Below are positions 28,505-37,548 of a DNA stretch of 64,000 nt, one piece after another (position 1 is the stretch's first letter; every line of letters begins with the position of its first letter). The notes below the pieces were generated by a model. The model had not been told where the DNA came from. It worked only from the letters and a program-made list of their open reading frames with translations, and did no database searches. A program made the position numbers and the translations under genes. Origin of the DNA: Planctomycetota bacterium (lineage in GTDB: Bacteria > Planctomycetota > UBA8108 > SXIK01). The stretch is taken from assembly GCA_965223845.1 (NCBI GenBank), contig CBDCXR010000004.1, positions 7,072,001-7,136,000 of the forward strand. The letters are read 5' to 3'.

Positions 28505-29953
28505 ATGGCTTGGGCCCAATTCGATCGACTCCAGCGAGCCGTCCTCGAGTCGGATCTCGACGCGCTCCCGACCTTCCGTCGGTGGGTGCTCTCGCTCGCG
28601 CGTCTCGCGGTTCAAACCGCGACCGAGTTCCGCCGCGACCGCGGATTCGAGCGCGCCGCGACGCTCTCCTTCGTCTCGATCCTCTCGCTGATCCCGCTCG
28701 CGATCCTCTTCTTTAGCTTCACCAATCTCGTCGGCGTCTCGAACGAGATCGTCGCCTACGCGAAGTCCCATCTCTTTCCGCTGGCCGCTCCCGACTTCAC
28801 GGAGCAGCTGAGCGTGTGGATCGACGAGTACCTCGTCCAGCAGCAGGCGTTTAAGGACAGCTTCGCCAGCGTGATGGGGCTCGCGGCGGTTGTCGCGCTC
28901 GTTCCGGCCGCGCTCGGCGTTTTCGTCACGGCGGAGAAGGCGTTTCAGCGGATCTGGAACCATCGCGGGAGTCGAACTTTCGTCCAGCGGTTCGCGACGT
29001 TTTGGATCGTTCTCACGACGAGCCCCTTCATCTTGATCGCGTCGACCTGGCTCCTCGAGTACTTCCAGAAGGACGGCGGTTGGATCGACCGCATGACGCT
29101 CGCCCACGGCTACGGCTATCTCGACGTGACGAACGGTCTTCTCACCGTCGGCGTGCGGCTTCTCTACGGCGTCCTCGTTCCGGTGTTCGTGGCCTACGTC
29201 GCGTTTACGCTCCTCTATATCTACCTCCCCGCGGCATCCGTTCGCCTCCGGAGCGCGTGTGTCGGTGGATTCGTCGCGGCGGTGGCGTGGGAGGTCGTCC
29301 GCCGAAGCTTCTTCCTCTACGTCGAACGGACGGACTCGCTCTACGCGGATCTCGCGACGATTCCCCTCGCCCTCGTTTGGCTCTACGTCAATTGGCTGAT
29401 CGTGCTCGTCGGCTGCGAGGTGACGTACGTCCACCAGGGGGGGCTGCGCCCGAGGGGTGAAGCGGAGGAGCGTTGGTCGTCGTCTCCCCTCGCGGCGGGC
29501 TTCGCGTATCTCGAGGTCGTCGGTCGAGCGTTCTCCCGCGGCGAGGCGGTTCCGTCCTTCGACCGCGTCGTCGAGACCACCGGGCTCGGGAGGACCGAGC
29601 TCGACGCCGCAGCCGGTGCGCTCGTGCGCGACGGGATCCTCGTCCCGATCGCGGCGGGCGAGAGTCGCTACGGGCTCGCCTGCGCTCTCGAGACCATCTC
29701 TCTCGACCGAGTGAAGCGCGCTCTCTGCCGCGACGACGCAGCCCTCCGTTCGGCTCTTTGTCCCGCTTCGGGCGTAGAGGCTTCCGCGGAGGGGGACCTC
29801 GCCCCGAGCCGGATGGTTCTCGAGCGCGCGGCCGACGCCTTCAGCGACGTCCTCTCGACTCGCACGCTCGCCGACGTCGTCTCGACCGACGCGTCGACGG
29901 CAGTTGCGCCGGCGAGCGAACCGGGAATCTCCCGGGAAAAACGCGGCGCGTAG
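28505..29953 (+). CDS. YihY/BrkB family membrane protein with C-terminal Rrf2-like winged helix
   Basis: RAATLSFVSILSLIPL, FQRIW, LYIYLP, IPLALVWLYVNWLIVLVGCEV; C-terminal wHTH-like segment. Confidence 0.88.
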   Translation: MAWAQFDRLQRAVLESDLDALPTFRRWVLSLARLAVQTATEFRRDRGFERAATLSFVSILSLIPLAILFFSFTNLVGVSNEIVAYAKSHLFPLAAPDFTEQLSVWIDEYLVQQQAFKDSFASVMGLAAVVALVPAALGVFVTAEKAFQRIWNHRGSRTFVQRFATFWIVLTTSPFILIASTWLLEYFQKDGGWIDRMTLAHGYGYLDVTNGLLTVGVRLLYGVLVPVFVAYVAFTLLYIYLPAASVRLRSACVGGFVAAVAWEVVRRSFFLYVERTDSLYADLATIPLALVWLYVNWLIVLVGCEVTYVHQGGLRPRGEAEERWSSSPLAAGFAYLEVVGRAFSRGEAVPSFDRVVETTGLGRTELDAAAGALVRDGILVPIAAGESRYGLACALETISLDRVKRALCRDDAALRSALCPASGVEASAEGDLAPSRMVLERAADAFSDVLSTRTLADVVSTDASTAVAPASEPGISREKRGA

Positions 29954-29956
29954 ATA

Positions 29957-29962
29957 TATAAT
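29957..29962 (+). promoter_or_regulatory. Consensus -10 box (TATAAT) upstream of the 1600-aa regulator
   Basis: Perfect TATAAT in an AT island just after the preceding stop codon; no clear -35. Confidence 0.35.
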
Positions 29963-30242
29963 TCCGGCGCTTTTTCGCGCCGAGCGCGGTCTCCGCGTGC
30001 CGCGACCCGCGAGTCTTCGATCGTGCATCGGGCTTCCGCGGGCGAGGCGGGGAGATTTCGAGGAGGAGACCAGTCAGTCGGGGGGGCCGCGATCAGGGAC
30101 GACGATCGGGCGGTGACCGCGTTTGGGGACGGGTCGGGCGCAGCGTGAGACCGGAGCGCTCATCCGATTTCGCGGGCGAGGAACGGCCGAATTCGATCGG
30201 GCTCGGAAGCACCGATCCCGCACAGCTTGCAGAGTGTGAAGA

Positions 30243-33200
30243 GTGGCACGCGCGATGGAATCATTCGACGATCCCGGATCCGCATCGCTCGCTCCGACGG
30301 AAGACGAGGACGCGGCGGCGGAAGCCGGCCGCGAGTCGCCGTTCAGCGAGAGCTTTCAGTTCCGTGACGACGAGCGCACCGGGATGGAGGCGCTCTTTGC
30401 CCGCGCGTTCTTCGACACCCCCTTTACGACGCTCACTCGAGCGGCGATCGAACGCACTCGATTCGTACCCGGTGCGGGCGAGGCCGTCGAGTCCGCTCCG
30501 GCGAGTCCCGTCGTCGATCCGCCGAAGGAGGCATCATCTGAGAGTTCCGCCGACGCGGGATCCCCGGACCGGAAGCCGTCCGCCGGCGAAGCGCCGGCGG
30601 ACGCTCGCGAGCAGCCGCGCTACGTCGTCCTCTACCGCGGCGCGAACGGCATCGGGAAGACACGCACGTTTCGCCAGGTCCGAGCGAGCGCTCGCGAGCG
30701 AAAGATCCCGATCTACGAAGTGCACTACCACGACGTCGAGGGAATCCCGTTCAAGCCGTTTCTTCACGCGATCCGCGCGATCCTTCGCGATCACGATCGG
30801 GGCTCGGTCCTCCAGGACAAGTACCGCTACGCGCTCGAAGGGTTGATCCCCGAGCTCTTCGGCGAGAAGAACGGAAGCGACATCGGCGAGTGGATTCCGC
30901 CCGAAAAGCTCGAGGCGGAGAAAGTCAGGCTGTTCGACGGCATCACGCAGCTCCTCCTCGAGGTGACGGCTCAGCGACCGCTCCTCCTTCTCGTTCACGA
31001 TCTTCATTGGAGCGATGTCCCGACGATCGAGTTGCTCCGCTACATCGGGCGCAATCTCGACCTGCGCAACCGCCCACCGGAGCGAACCCGGCCCGCGATC
31101 ATCGCACCACTCGACGGCGGGCTCGACCTCGACGCGCTCGGAGAAGACGGAGAGGCCTGGGGAACGCTCTCCCGCGGCACGATGCAGAGCGGCGACTACG
31201 TCTCGAATCTTGCGCGGCTCGCAGACGGCACCGATCGTCAGACCATGCCGCCCGCGCGGCTGATGATCCTCGCCAACTACCGCGGCTTCGAAGCTCGCGA
31301 TCACTACCTCGAGCGCTCGATCGTCGCGCTCGGACAGGAATCCTTCGCGTTTCACGGCGAGCTTCGCCTCCTGCGGGAGGAAGAAGCCGATCAGTTCGTG
31401 GAGCGCGCGGTCGACGGGGTCGAGGTCGAGGGGCGGGCGCTCTCGGTCGAGTCCAATGCCGTCGATCTCATCTACGAAGTTTCCGAGGGCTTCCCGAGCT
31501 ACTCGAAGGAGCTGCTCCGCGCGCTCTACTACGATCGCCATCTCTCCGATCTGAGCCGAGCCGGGGACGGCGTGTGGTCGGCCGAGCGGCTCCGTGCGGC
31601 GCTCGACCGCGCGCAGCCGGCCGACGCGTCGAGCTCGGGTCCGAGCGACCGCGCGGGCGAAGCGGGCGACGAAGCCGAAGGATCGAGCGCGAGCGCTGCG
31701 GCGGCGGCGCCCGCTCCCGACGGGTCCGGCGAAGCGCCCGCGGAGGACCGCGCACGCGCGGCGACTCGCCGCGATCTCATCCTGAAGCTTCGGCTCCGCG
31801 GTGCGAGCGAAGACGAGCTCGGCGTGCTCCGCGTGCTCGCGATCGCACGGCGGCCGCTCACTGCCGACATCGTGAGCGGCGTCATCGCGAGCGACGTCGA
31901 CGTCGTTCCAGTCTTCGAGGGTCTCGTCGGGCGCGGAGTTCTCGAGAAGAGCGAGGGCGGCGACGACGCTCCACGCTATTTCTTCCGCCTGTGGGACTAC
32001 GTGCGGGTGGTGACCGACGAGATCGCCGACGACGACAAGCGGCAAATCCACCAGAAGCTCGGTGAGCTCTACCGCGCGTCTGGTGACGCCGCGAGCGGCG
32101 AATCGGAGTACGAGGTGTTCTATCACCTCAACCGTGGCGTCGAGCCGCGCAGCTCGGTCGAGCACGGTCTCATCGCGGCCCGCTGGTTCCTCCGCTCCGT
32201 GGCGCTCGAGAAAGCGCGGGAAATCTACGATCACCTCCTCGCGCTCCTCACCGAGGAGGATCGCGCTCAGCGGATCGACATCCTCGAGCTGCAAGCGCGC
32301 ATCAGCCTCGCGCTCGACCAGGGCGAGTCGGCGGAGAAGCAGCTCCGACAAGCGCTTGAAGAAGGCGCATCGACACTCGAGCCCGATCGCCAGGTGGAGT
32401 TCTGTCTCCTCGAGAGTGAGGCCGTCGGCCGGCGCGATCCCGCGCGCGGCCTCAAGGTGCTCAACAAGGCGCCGAGGCTTCTCTCCGATGAATCCTCGCG
32501 ACTCGGAGTGCGCGTTCAGATGCAGCTCGCCCGGCTGAGGCTCCGGCGGCAAGACGTGAAGCGCGCGATCAACCTGTCGCTCAAGGGCCGGGACCTCTGC
32601 CTCAAGCTCGGCGATCTGCCCGAGCTCGGCGAGCTCTACCGGCAGATGGCGAGCGCGTTTTACCACAAGGGCGATTACGCCCACGCCGTCGACAATTATC
32701 AGCGCGCGCTCACGGTGTTTGAGAAACTCGAGCTCAAGGAGCCGCTCGTCGCGACGCTCGACGAGCTCGGGCGAGTCTATCTCGAGCGCGGGAACTACTT
32801 TCGCTCGGCGCGCTATCTCTACCGCTCCCTCGAGATCCGCCGCCGCGAGCACGACATCGCGGGGCTGTGTCGCTCGTACGACGAGCTCGGCATGGTGTAC
32901 CTGCGGAGCGGCGACTACCTGAAGACGATCGAAAACCTCAACCTGAGTCTCAGCTTGAAGGAGCGAATCGGCGATTTCGCCGGGCTCCATCCCACGCTGA
33001 GCACGCTAGGCGATCTCTACGCGCGGCTGGGGCTCTTCGAGCACTCGCTCGCGTATCTCCAGCGAGCGGTTGCGACGAGCCAGAAGCTCGGCGACACCGA
33101 AGGCCTCGTCGACGGCCTCGCGCGACTGGGACGCGTTCACTTCGAACTCGGCGACTGCCGTCAGGCCGAGAGCCTCGCGAAGCAGGTCGAGATCCTCGCG

Positions 33201-35045
33201 TCCGAATTCAAGCTCCGGTCGGAGGAAGCAGACGGGATGTTCCTCGAGGGCCACCTTCGCGCGTTCAGCCGCGACTGGCCCGAGGCCGAAAAGAAGCTGC
33301 GCCAGGCAGCGGAGATCCACGCGAAGCTCGGCCATCGCCGGCGCGAGGCGGACGCGCTGCTCGAGCTCGCGGAGGTGAAGCTCCAGCGCGAGCTTTACGA
33401 CGAGTCGCTGAAGGTCGCATCGAAGGGGCACATCGCGGCGGACGAGCTGAAGGCGCTCGATCTCCAGGTGCGCGCGCTCGTTCTCAAGGGGAACATCCAC
33501 CGGTTCCTCAAGGGCGGAAACAACGACAAGGCGCGCGAGTTTTTCGGCAAAGCTCTCGAGTTGAGCCAGAACCTCGGCGACGTCGGCGAGCTCTTCGAGC
33601 TCTTCTACTCCCTCGCGAAGCTCTGTCACTCCGAGCGCGAATTCTCCGAGGCGTCCAATTACTACGGCAAGGCCGAGTTTCTCCTCCAGCAAGTCGGACG
33701 CTGGCTGAGCGATGATCTCACCGCGCGCTTCTTCGAGGATCCCCGGCGCAAAGTCTTCGCCGAGGACCTCGCGCGCTTCCGGCGCGAGTCGGCGGGGCGT
33801 GCGGCGGGGACCGCGGTCGATCTCCGCGAGCCGACGACCCCCGCGCGCGCGGTGCAGGATCGACCCGTGCGAGTGGGGGACTACAAGGCGCTCGTCCAGC
33901 GCGTGCTCCGCCTTCACTCGGGGTTGAACGACCTCCATTTCTACGATCGTCTGCTCGCCGACGCGGTCGAGCTCGGCGGCGCGGAGCGCGGGTTCGTCCT
34001 TCGCGTGGAGAATCGGCAATACGTTCCGGTCGCGTTCCACGGCTTCGGGAAGACTCCGCTTCAGCACCCGGAGTTCATGGTCGCGAGCCATCTCACGCAG
34101 GAGTGCATCCGAAAGGGGCGGTCGATTGTCTCCTCGGGGACGCAGGACGAAACGGACCCGAAGAAGGGCGGACGGCTCGACCGCCGTCTCCAGCTCGGCT
34201 ACCTGGATCACCGCTCGATCCTCGCCGTGCCCTGCCTCACCGAAGACCGCATTTTCGGTGGCGTCTATCTCGACAAGCCGGTGACGCTCGGAGTGTTCGA
34301 GGCGCGCGACCAAGTCCTCCTCGAGAGCTTTGCGCAGCACGCCGCCGCCGCGCTCGTCAATCGCTACGAGTTCGAGACGGCGATCCGCGAGCCGGTGACG
34401 GGTTTCTACACGCCGAGCTACTTCGTCGATCGACTCCGCGACGCGTTTCGGCTCTTCAATCTCCACGGCCGCGAGTTTTCGCTCCTCGGATTCTACCTCC
34501 CGAACCTCGACGACATGCTCGGCGACGGCCGCGGTCAGCTCGGGTCGAACCTCGCGCGCACTCTCGGCGCCGCGCTCCCGTCCCGCGCTTCGATCTGCTG
34601 GGGGAATCCGATCCTCTACGTCTTGCTCGAGGAGCGGGACGCGACGAATGCAGCGGAGCTGCTCGAGACCGTCGGGGCGAACCTCTCGGCGACGATCAAC
34701 GACGACGTTGCGAGCGCGGTGATCCCGGCGGCGCGGCACTTTCAGCAGGGCGCCGACATCTATTTCGAGATGCGCGCACGTCTCCTTCCCGAGGAGTGCG
34801 ATCAAAAGACGCTCGGTGCTCTCCGATCGGTACTCACGCCCGACATGACCCTTCGCGATGCGAAGCGTATCGTCGAGCGCCTGAAGATCGAGTCGACCCT
34901 CAAGAAGACCGGCGGCAATATCACGCACGCCGCGCGTGAGCTCGGCATCCACCGGCCGCAGCTCTCGAACCTGCTCAAGAAGTACGAGCTGAAGCGCGAG
35001 TCCTTCGGGTCCGCGGGATCGTCGAATCCGCCCGGGGAGGACTGA
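30243..35045 (+). CDS. STAND/AAA ATPase-TPR-GAF-degenerate GGDEF-Fis HTH multidomain regulator
   Basis: GANGIGKT, LLLLVHDLHWSD, many TPRs (LG.VYL..G.Y), GAF (AERGFVL..SILAVP..GGVYLD), REPVTGFYTPSYF, TGGNITHAARELGIHRPQL. ATG 30255 is an alternative start. Confidence 0.88.
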   Translation: MARAMESFDDPGSASLAPTEDEDAAAEAGRESPFSESFQFRDDERTGMEALFARAFFDTPFTTLTRAAIERTRFVPGAGEAVESAPASPVVDPPKEASSESSADAGSPDRKPSAGEAPADAREQPRYVVLYRGANGIGKTRTFRQVRASARERKIPIYEVHYHDVEGIPFKPFLHAIRAILRDHDRGSVLQDKYRYALEGLIPELFGEKNGSDIGEWIPPEKLEAEKVRLFDGITQLLLEVTAQRPLLLLVHDLHWSDVPTIELLRYIGRNLDLRNRPPERTRPAIIAPLDGGLDLDALGEDGEAWGTLSRGTMQSGDYVSNLARLADGTDRQTMPPARLMILANYRGFEARDHYLERSIVALGQESFAFHGELRLLREEEADQFVERAVDGVEVEGRALSVESNAVDLIYEVSEGFPSYSKELLRALYYDRHLSDLSRAGDGVWSAERLRAALDRAQPADASSSGPSDRAGEAGDEAEGSSASAAAAAPAPDGSGEAPAEDRARAATRRDLILKLRLRGASEDELGVLRVLAIARRPLTADIVSGVIASDVDVVPVFEGLVGRGVLEKSEGGDDAPRYFFRLWDYVRVVTDEIADDDKRQIHQKLGELYRASGDAASGESEYEVFYHLNRGVEPRSSVEHGLIAARWFLRSVALEKAREIYDHLLALLTEEDRAQRIDILELQARISLALDQGESAEKQLRQALEEGASTLEPDRQVEFCLLESEAVGRRDPARGLKVLNKAPRLLSDESSRLGVRVQMQLARLRLRRQDVKRAINLSLKGRDLCLKLGDLPELGELYRQMASAFYHKGDYAHAVDNYQRALTVFEKLELKEPLVATLDELGRVYLERGNYFRSARYLYRSLEIRRREHDIAGLCRSYDELGMVYLRSGDYLKTIENLNLSLSLKERIGDFAGLHPTLSTLGDLYARLGLFEHSLAYLQRAVATSQKLGDTEGLVDGLARLGRVHFELGDCRQAESLAKQVEILASEFKLRSEEADGMFLEGHLRAFSRDWPEAEKKLRQAAEIHAKLGHRRREADALLELAEVKLQRELYDESLKVASKGHIAADELKALDLQVRALVLKGNIHRFLKGGNNDKAREFFGKALELSQNLGDVGELFELFYSLAKLCHSEREFSEASNYYGKAEFLLQQVGRWLSDDLTARFFEDPRRKVFAEDLARFRRESAGRAAGTAVDLREPTTPARAVQDRPVRVGDYKALVQRVLRLHSGLNDLHFYDRLLADAVELGGAERGFVLRVENRQYVPVAFHGFGKTPLQHPEFMVASHLTQECIRKGRSIVSSGTQDETDPKKGGRLDRRLQLGYLDHRSILAVPCLTEDRIFGGVYLDKPVTLGVFEARDQVLLESFAQHAAAALVNRYEFETAIREPVTGFYTPSYFVDRLRDAFRLFNLHGREFSLLGFYLPNLDDMLGDGRGQLGSNLARTLGAALPSRASICWGNPILYVLLEERDATNAAELLETVGANLSATINDDVASAVIPAARHFQQGADIYFEMRARLLPEECDQKTLGALRSVLTPDMTLRDAKRIVERLKIESTLKKTGGNITHAARELGIHRPQLSNLLKKYELKRESFGSAGSSNPPGED

Positions 35046-35077
35046 CGCCGCGATGCGGCGCGGGTGATCGAGACGAT

Positions 35078-35827
35078 ATGGTCGCGGACGCGGACGAAAC
35101 GACGGATGCGTCCGGCGGATACCGATACGTCGGCGAGGAGCTCGACGCCTTCGCTCACGCCAGGAATTGGAAGGCGTACCTGCGTCGGCTCTTGCTTCCC
35201 TATCTCGGAGGTGACGTCCTCGAGGTGGGCGCGGGGATCGGCAGCACGACGCGTGCGCTCTGCACGCCGGCGAGCCGGGCGTGGATGTGTCTCGAGCCGG
35301 ACGCGCGATTCTGCGAGAAGCTTCGCGCACTTCGCGCGAGCGGTGAGCTCGATCCGGCGCCCGAGGTCGTCATGGGATCGACGCGGACCCTTTCAGGCGA
35401 AGCACGTTTCGACGCCGTCCTCTACATGGACGTGCTCGAGCACATCGAGGACGACCGGGCGGAGCTCGAGCGGGCGGTCGAGCTCCTGCGACCGGGCGGC
35501 GCATGCGTGGTCCTCTGTCCCGCGCATCCTTTTCTCTATTCCGAGTTCGACGCCGCGGTCGGTCATTACCGGCGCTACAACAAACGCATGTTCCGCGCGC
35601 TCGCGCCGTCGCGCGCGTCTCTCGAACGCCTCTGCTATCTCGACTGCGCGGGGATGCTCGTCTCGAGCGCCAATCGGCTGCTCCTCAGGAGCGGGAAGCC
35701 CACGGTGCGCCAAGTGAAGCTGTGGGATCGCGTGTTCGTCTCGTGCTCGCGGTTCGTCGATCCGCTGATCGGTCGCCGTCTCGGGAAGTCCGTGCTCGGC
35801 GTTTGGCGGCGACTCGACGACGCTTGA
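35078..35827 (+). CDS. Class I SAM-dependent methyltransferase
   Basis: VLEVGAGIG, FDAVLYMDVLEHIEDD, LRPGG, D..VGHYRRY. Confidence 0.9.
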   Translation: MVADADETTDASGGYRYVGEELDAFAHARNWKAYLRRLLLPYLGGDVLEVGAGIGSTTRALCTPASRAWMCLEPDARFCEKLRALRASGELDPAPEVVMGSTRTLSGEARFDAVLYMDVLEHIEDDRAELERAVELLRPGGACVVLCPAHPFLYSEFDAAVGHYRRYNKRMFRALAPSRASLERLCYLDCAGMLVSSANRLLLRSGKPTVRQVKLWDRVFVSCSRFVDPLIGRRLGKSVLGVWRRLDDA

Positions 35828-35851
35828 GCTCGTGCTAAGGCGCCGAGGGGC

Positions 35852-35865
35852 GGGGGGGGGGGGGG
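35852..35865. repeat. Poly-G tract (G14)
   Basis: 14 consecutive G preceded by GGGGC in intergenic DNA. Confidence 0.85.
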
Positions 35866-36146
35866 CGCGGTCGCGTTCTTGCTCGGCCGCGGGAGGCTCG
35901 GATACGCTTTACGCGAGCGGTGCGAAACCTCCGGCAGAATCGCTTAGGTCGGCGAACCGCAGGTCGCCGGCGGGTTCTAACCGGCGTCCGCGCTTGCCCA
36001 CGCCCGGTTGACGACGCTTCGCGCGGCGAAGCTCGAGAACGCCGCTGACGCTGCACGCTTTGCCGATTCTTGCTGCGTTCGGGCTTCGAGTCGAAGGAGT
36101 GCGGCGAAGCGTCGAACATCGACGAGAACGAGTTCGGGAGAAAACG

Positions 36147-37346
36147 ATGGAGAAGCACCCGTTCGGACGACGCACTTTCCTCCGCCGGACCGCCCTCACC
36201 GGAGCCGGACTCACCGCCGCATCCGTCGCACCCGGAGCCGTTCGCGGCGCCAATACCCGTATCCGCGTCGGTGTGATCGGCGTCGGGCAGCGCGGGCGGA
36301 ACCGCCTCGTCTCGGCGCAGAGCCACGGCGCGGAAGTCGTCGCGATCTGCGATGTGAACGACGCGATGCTCGATGCGGCCGCCGAGCTCGTCGCGCGCGA
36401 GAAGCCGAAGCGGTATCGGTACCACGAGGAGCTCCTCGCGCGAAGCGACATCGACGCGGTCGTCATCGCGAGTCCCGATCACTGGCATCACGATCACGTG
36501 GTCGATGCCGTGACGGCCGGGAAGGACGTTTACATCGAGAAGCCGCTCACGCGGACGATCGAAGAGGGAAACCACCTGGTCGAGGTCGTCGAGAAGACGG
36601 ATCGCATCGTTCAAGTCGGCAACCAGCGCCGAAGCGGCGCGCACTGGGAGAAGGCGCGCGAGAAAGTCGCCGCGGGACACATCGGAGAGCTGCGCTTCGT
36701 TCGCACCTGGGATACGCGCTACCGCCCGATCGATCCCTACGTCACGCGAGCGAAGTCCTTCCACGAGAAGAAGATCGATTGGCAGCGCTTCCTCGGCAAG
36801 GCACCGGCGCGGCCGTTCGATCCCGTGCGGTGCTCGGCGTGGCGCTGGTTTTGGGATTACGCCGGCGGGCTCATGACGGACATCGGGCCGCATCGCCTCG
36901 ATGTCGCGCACTGGATCTCGGACACGAACGGTCCGCGCTCCGTCGTTTGTAACGGCGGCAACTACCACTCACCGGAGTGGGAGACGCCGGACAACGTGCA
37001 CGCGATCCTCGATTGCGGCACGTTCTGCATCAACTTCAACGTTCAGTTCATGAACGGCTACGACAGCGGCGGCGCGGGATACTACGGAACGGGCGGAACG
37101 ATCCTCCAGCACCACGGCAAGATGGTTCACGTCGACGCGAAGGGGAAGGTCGTCGAAGAATGGGCGACGCCAGGGGAAGGCGAAGCTCACATGAAGAACT
37201 TCCTCGACTGCGTCGCGTCGCGGCGGCCGCCGAACTCACCCGTCGACGTCGCGAACCGGGTCATCGTCGGTGCTCACCTCGCGAACCTGTCCTACCGGGG
37301 CGGTCGACGGGTGCACTGGGACGTGCGGCAGGGGAAGGTGAGCTGA
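36147..37346 (+). CDS. Tat-exported Gfo/Idh/MocA oxidoreductase
   Basis: GRRTFL twin-arginine signal, IRVGVIGVGQRG, SPDHWH, YIEKP, DIGPHRLD. Confidence 0.93.
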   Translation: MEKHPFGRRTFLRRTALTGAGLTAASVAPGAVRGANTRIRVGVIGVGQRGRNRLVSAQSHGAEVVAICDVNDAMLDAAAELVAREKPKRYRYHEELLARSDIDAVVIASPDHWHHDHVVDAVTAGKDVYIEKPLTRTIEEGNHLVEVVEKTDRIVQVGNQRRSGAHWEKAREKVAAGHIGELRFVRTWDTRYRPIDPYVTRAKSFHEKKIDWQRFLGKAPARPFDPVRCSAWRWFWDYAGGLMTDIGPHRLDVAHWISDTNGPRSVVCNGGNYHSPEWETPDNVHAILDCGTFCINFNVQFMNGYDSGGAGYYGTGGTILQHHGKMVHVDAKGKVVEEWATPGEGEAHMKNFLDCVASRRPPNSPVDVANRVIVGAHLANLSYRGGRRVHWDVRQGKVS

Positions 37347-37548
37347 GCTCGGCCTCGAAAGCGTTCACGTTTTCGAGCGGATTCTCGAGTGTTCGGTCGG
37401 GTGCAGCACTCCATCCGGAAAGTTCTCCTAGGAGATGGCGACGCACCTCTCGCCCCCGTCGAGCCTCTTGACGTTCCTTCTCGAGCCCGCCAAGCTTGCG
37501 AGCTCGGTGGAACGGTGACCGCGTCCGAGAACGACTCCCATCGACCTC

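Noticed and set aside
34380-35045. Sigma54 enhancer-binding protein or active diguanylate cyclase
   Set aside because: No GAFTGA/AAA+ domain before the HTH and no GG(D/E)EF signature.
30534-35330. Long antisense ORFs (818 and 774 aa), and similar ones at 28190-30028, 43330-45327 and 52670-54868
   Set aside because: They mirror motif-supported genes on the other strand; typical stop-poor shadow frames in GC-rich DNA.
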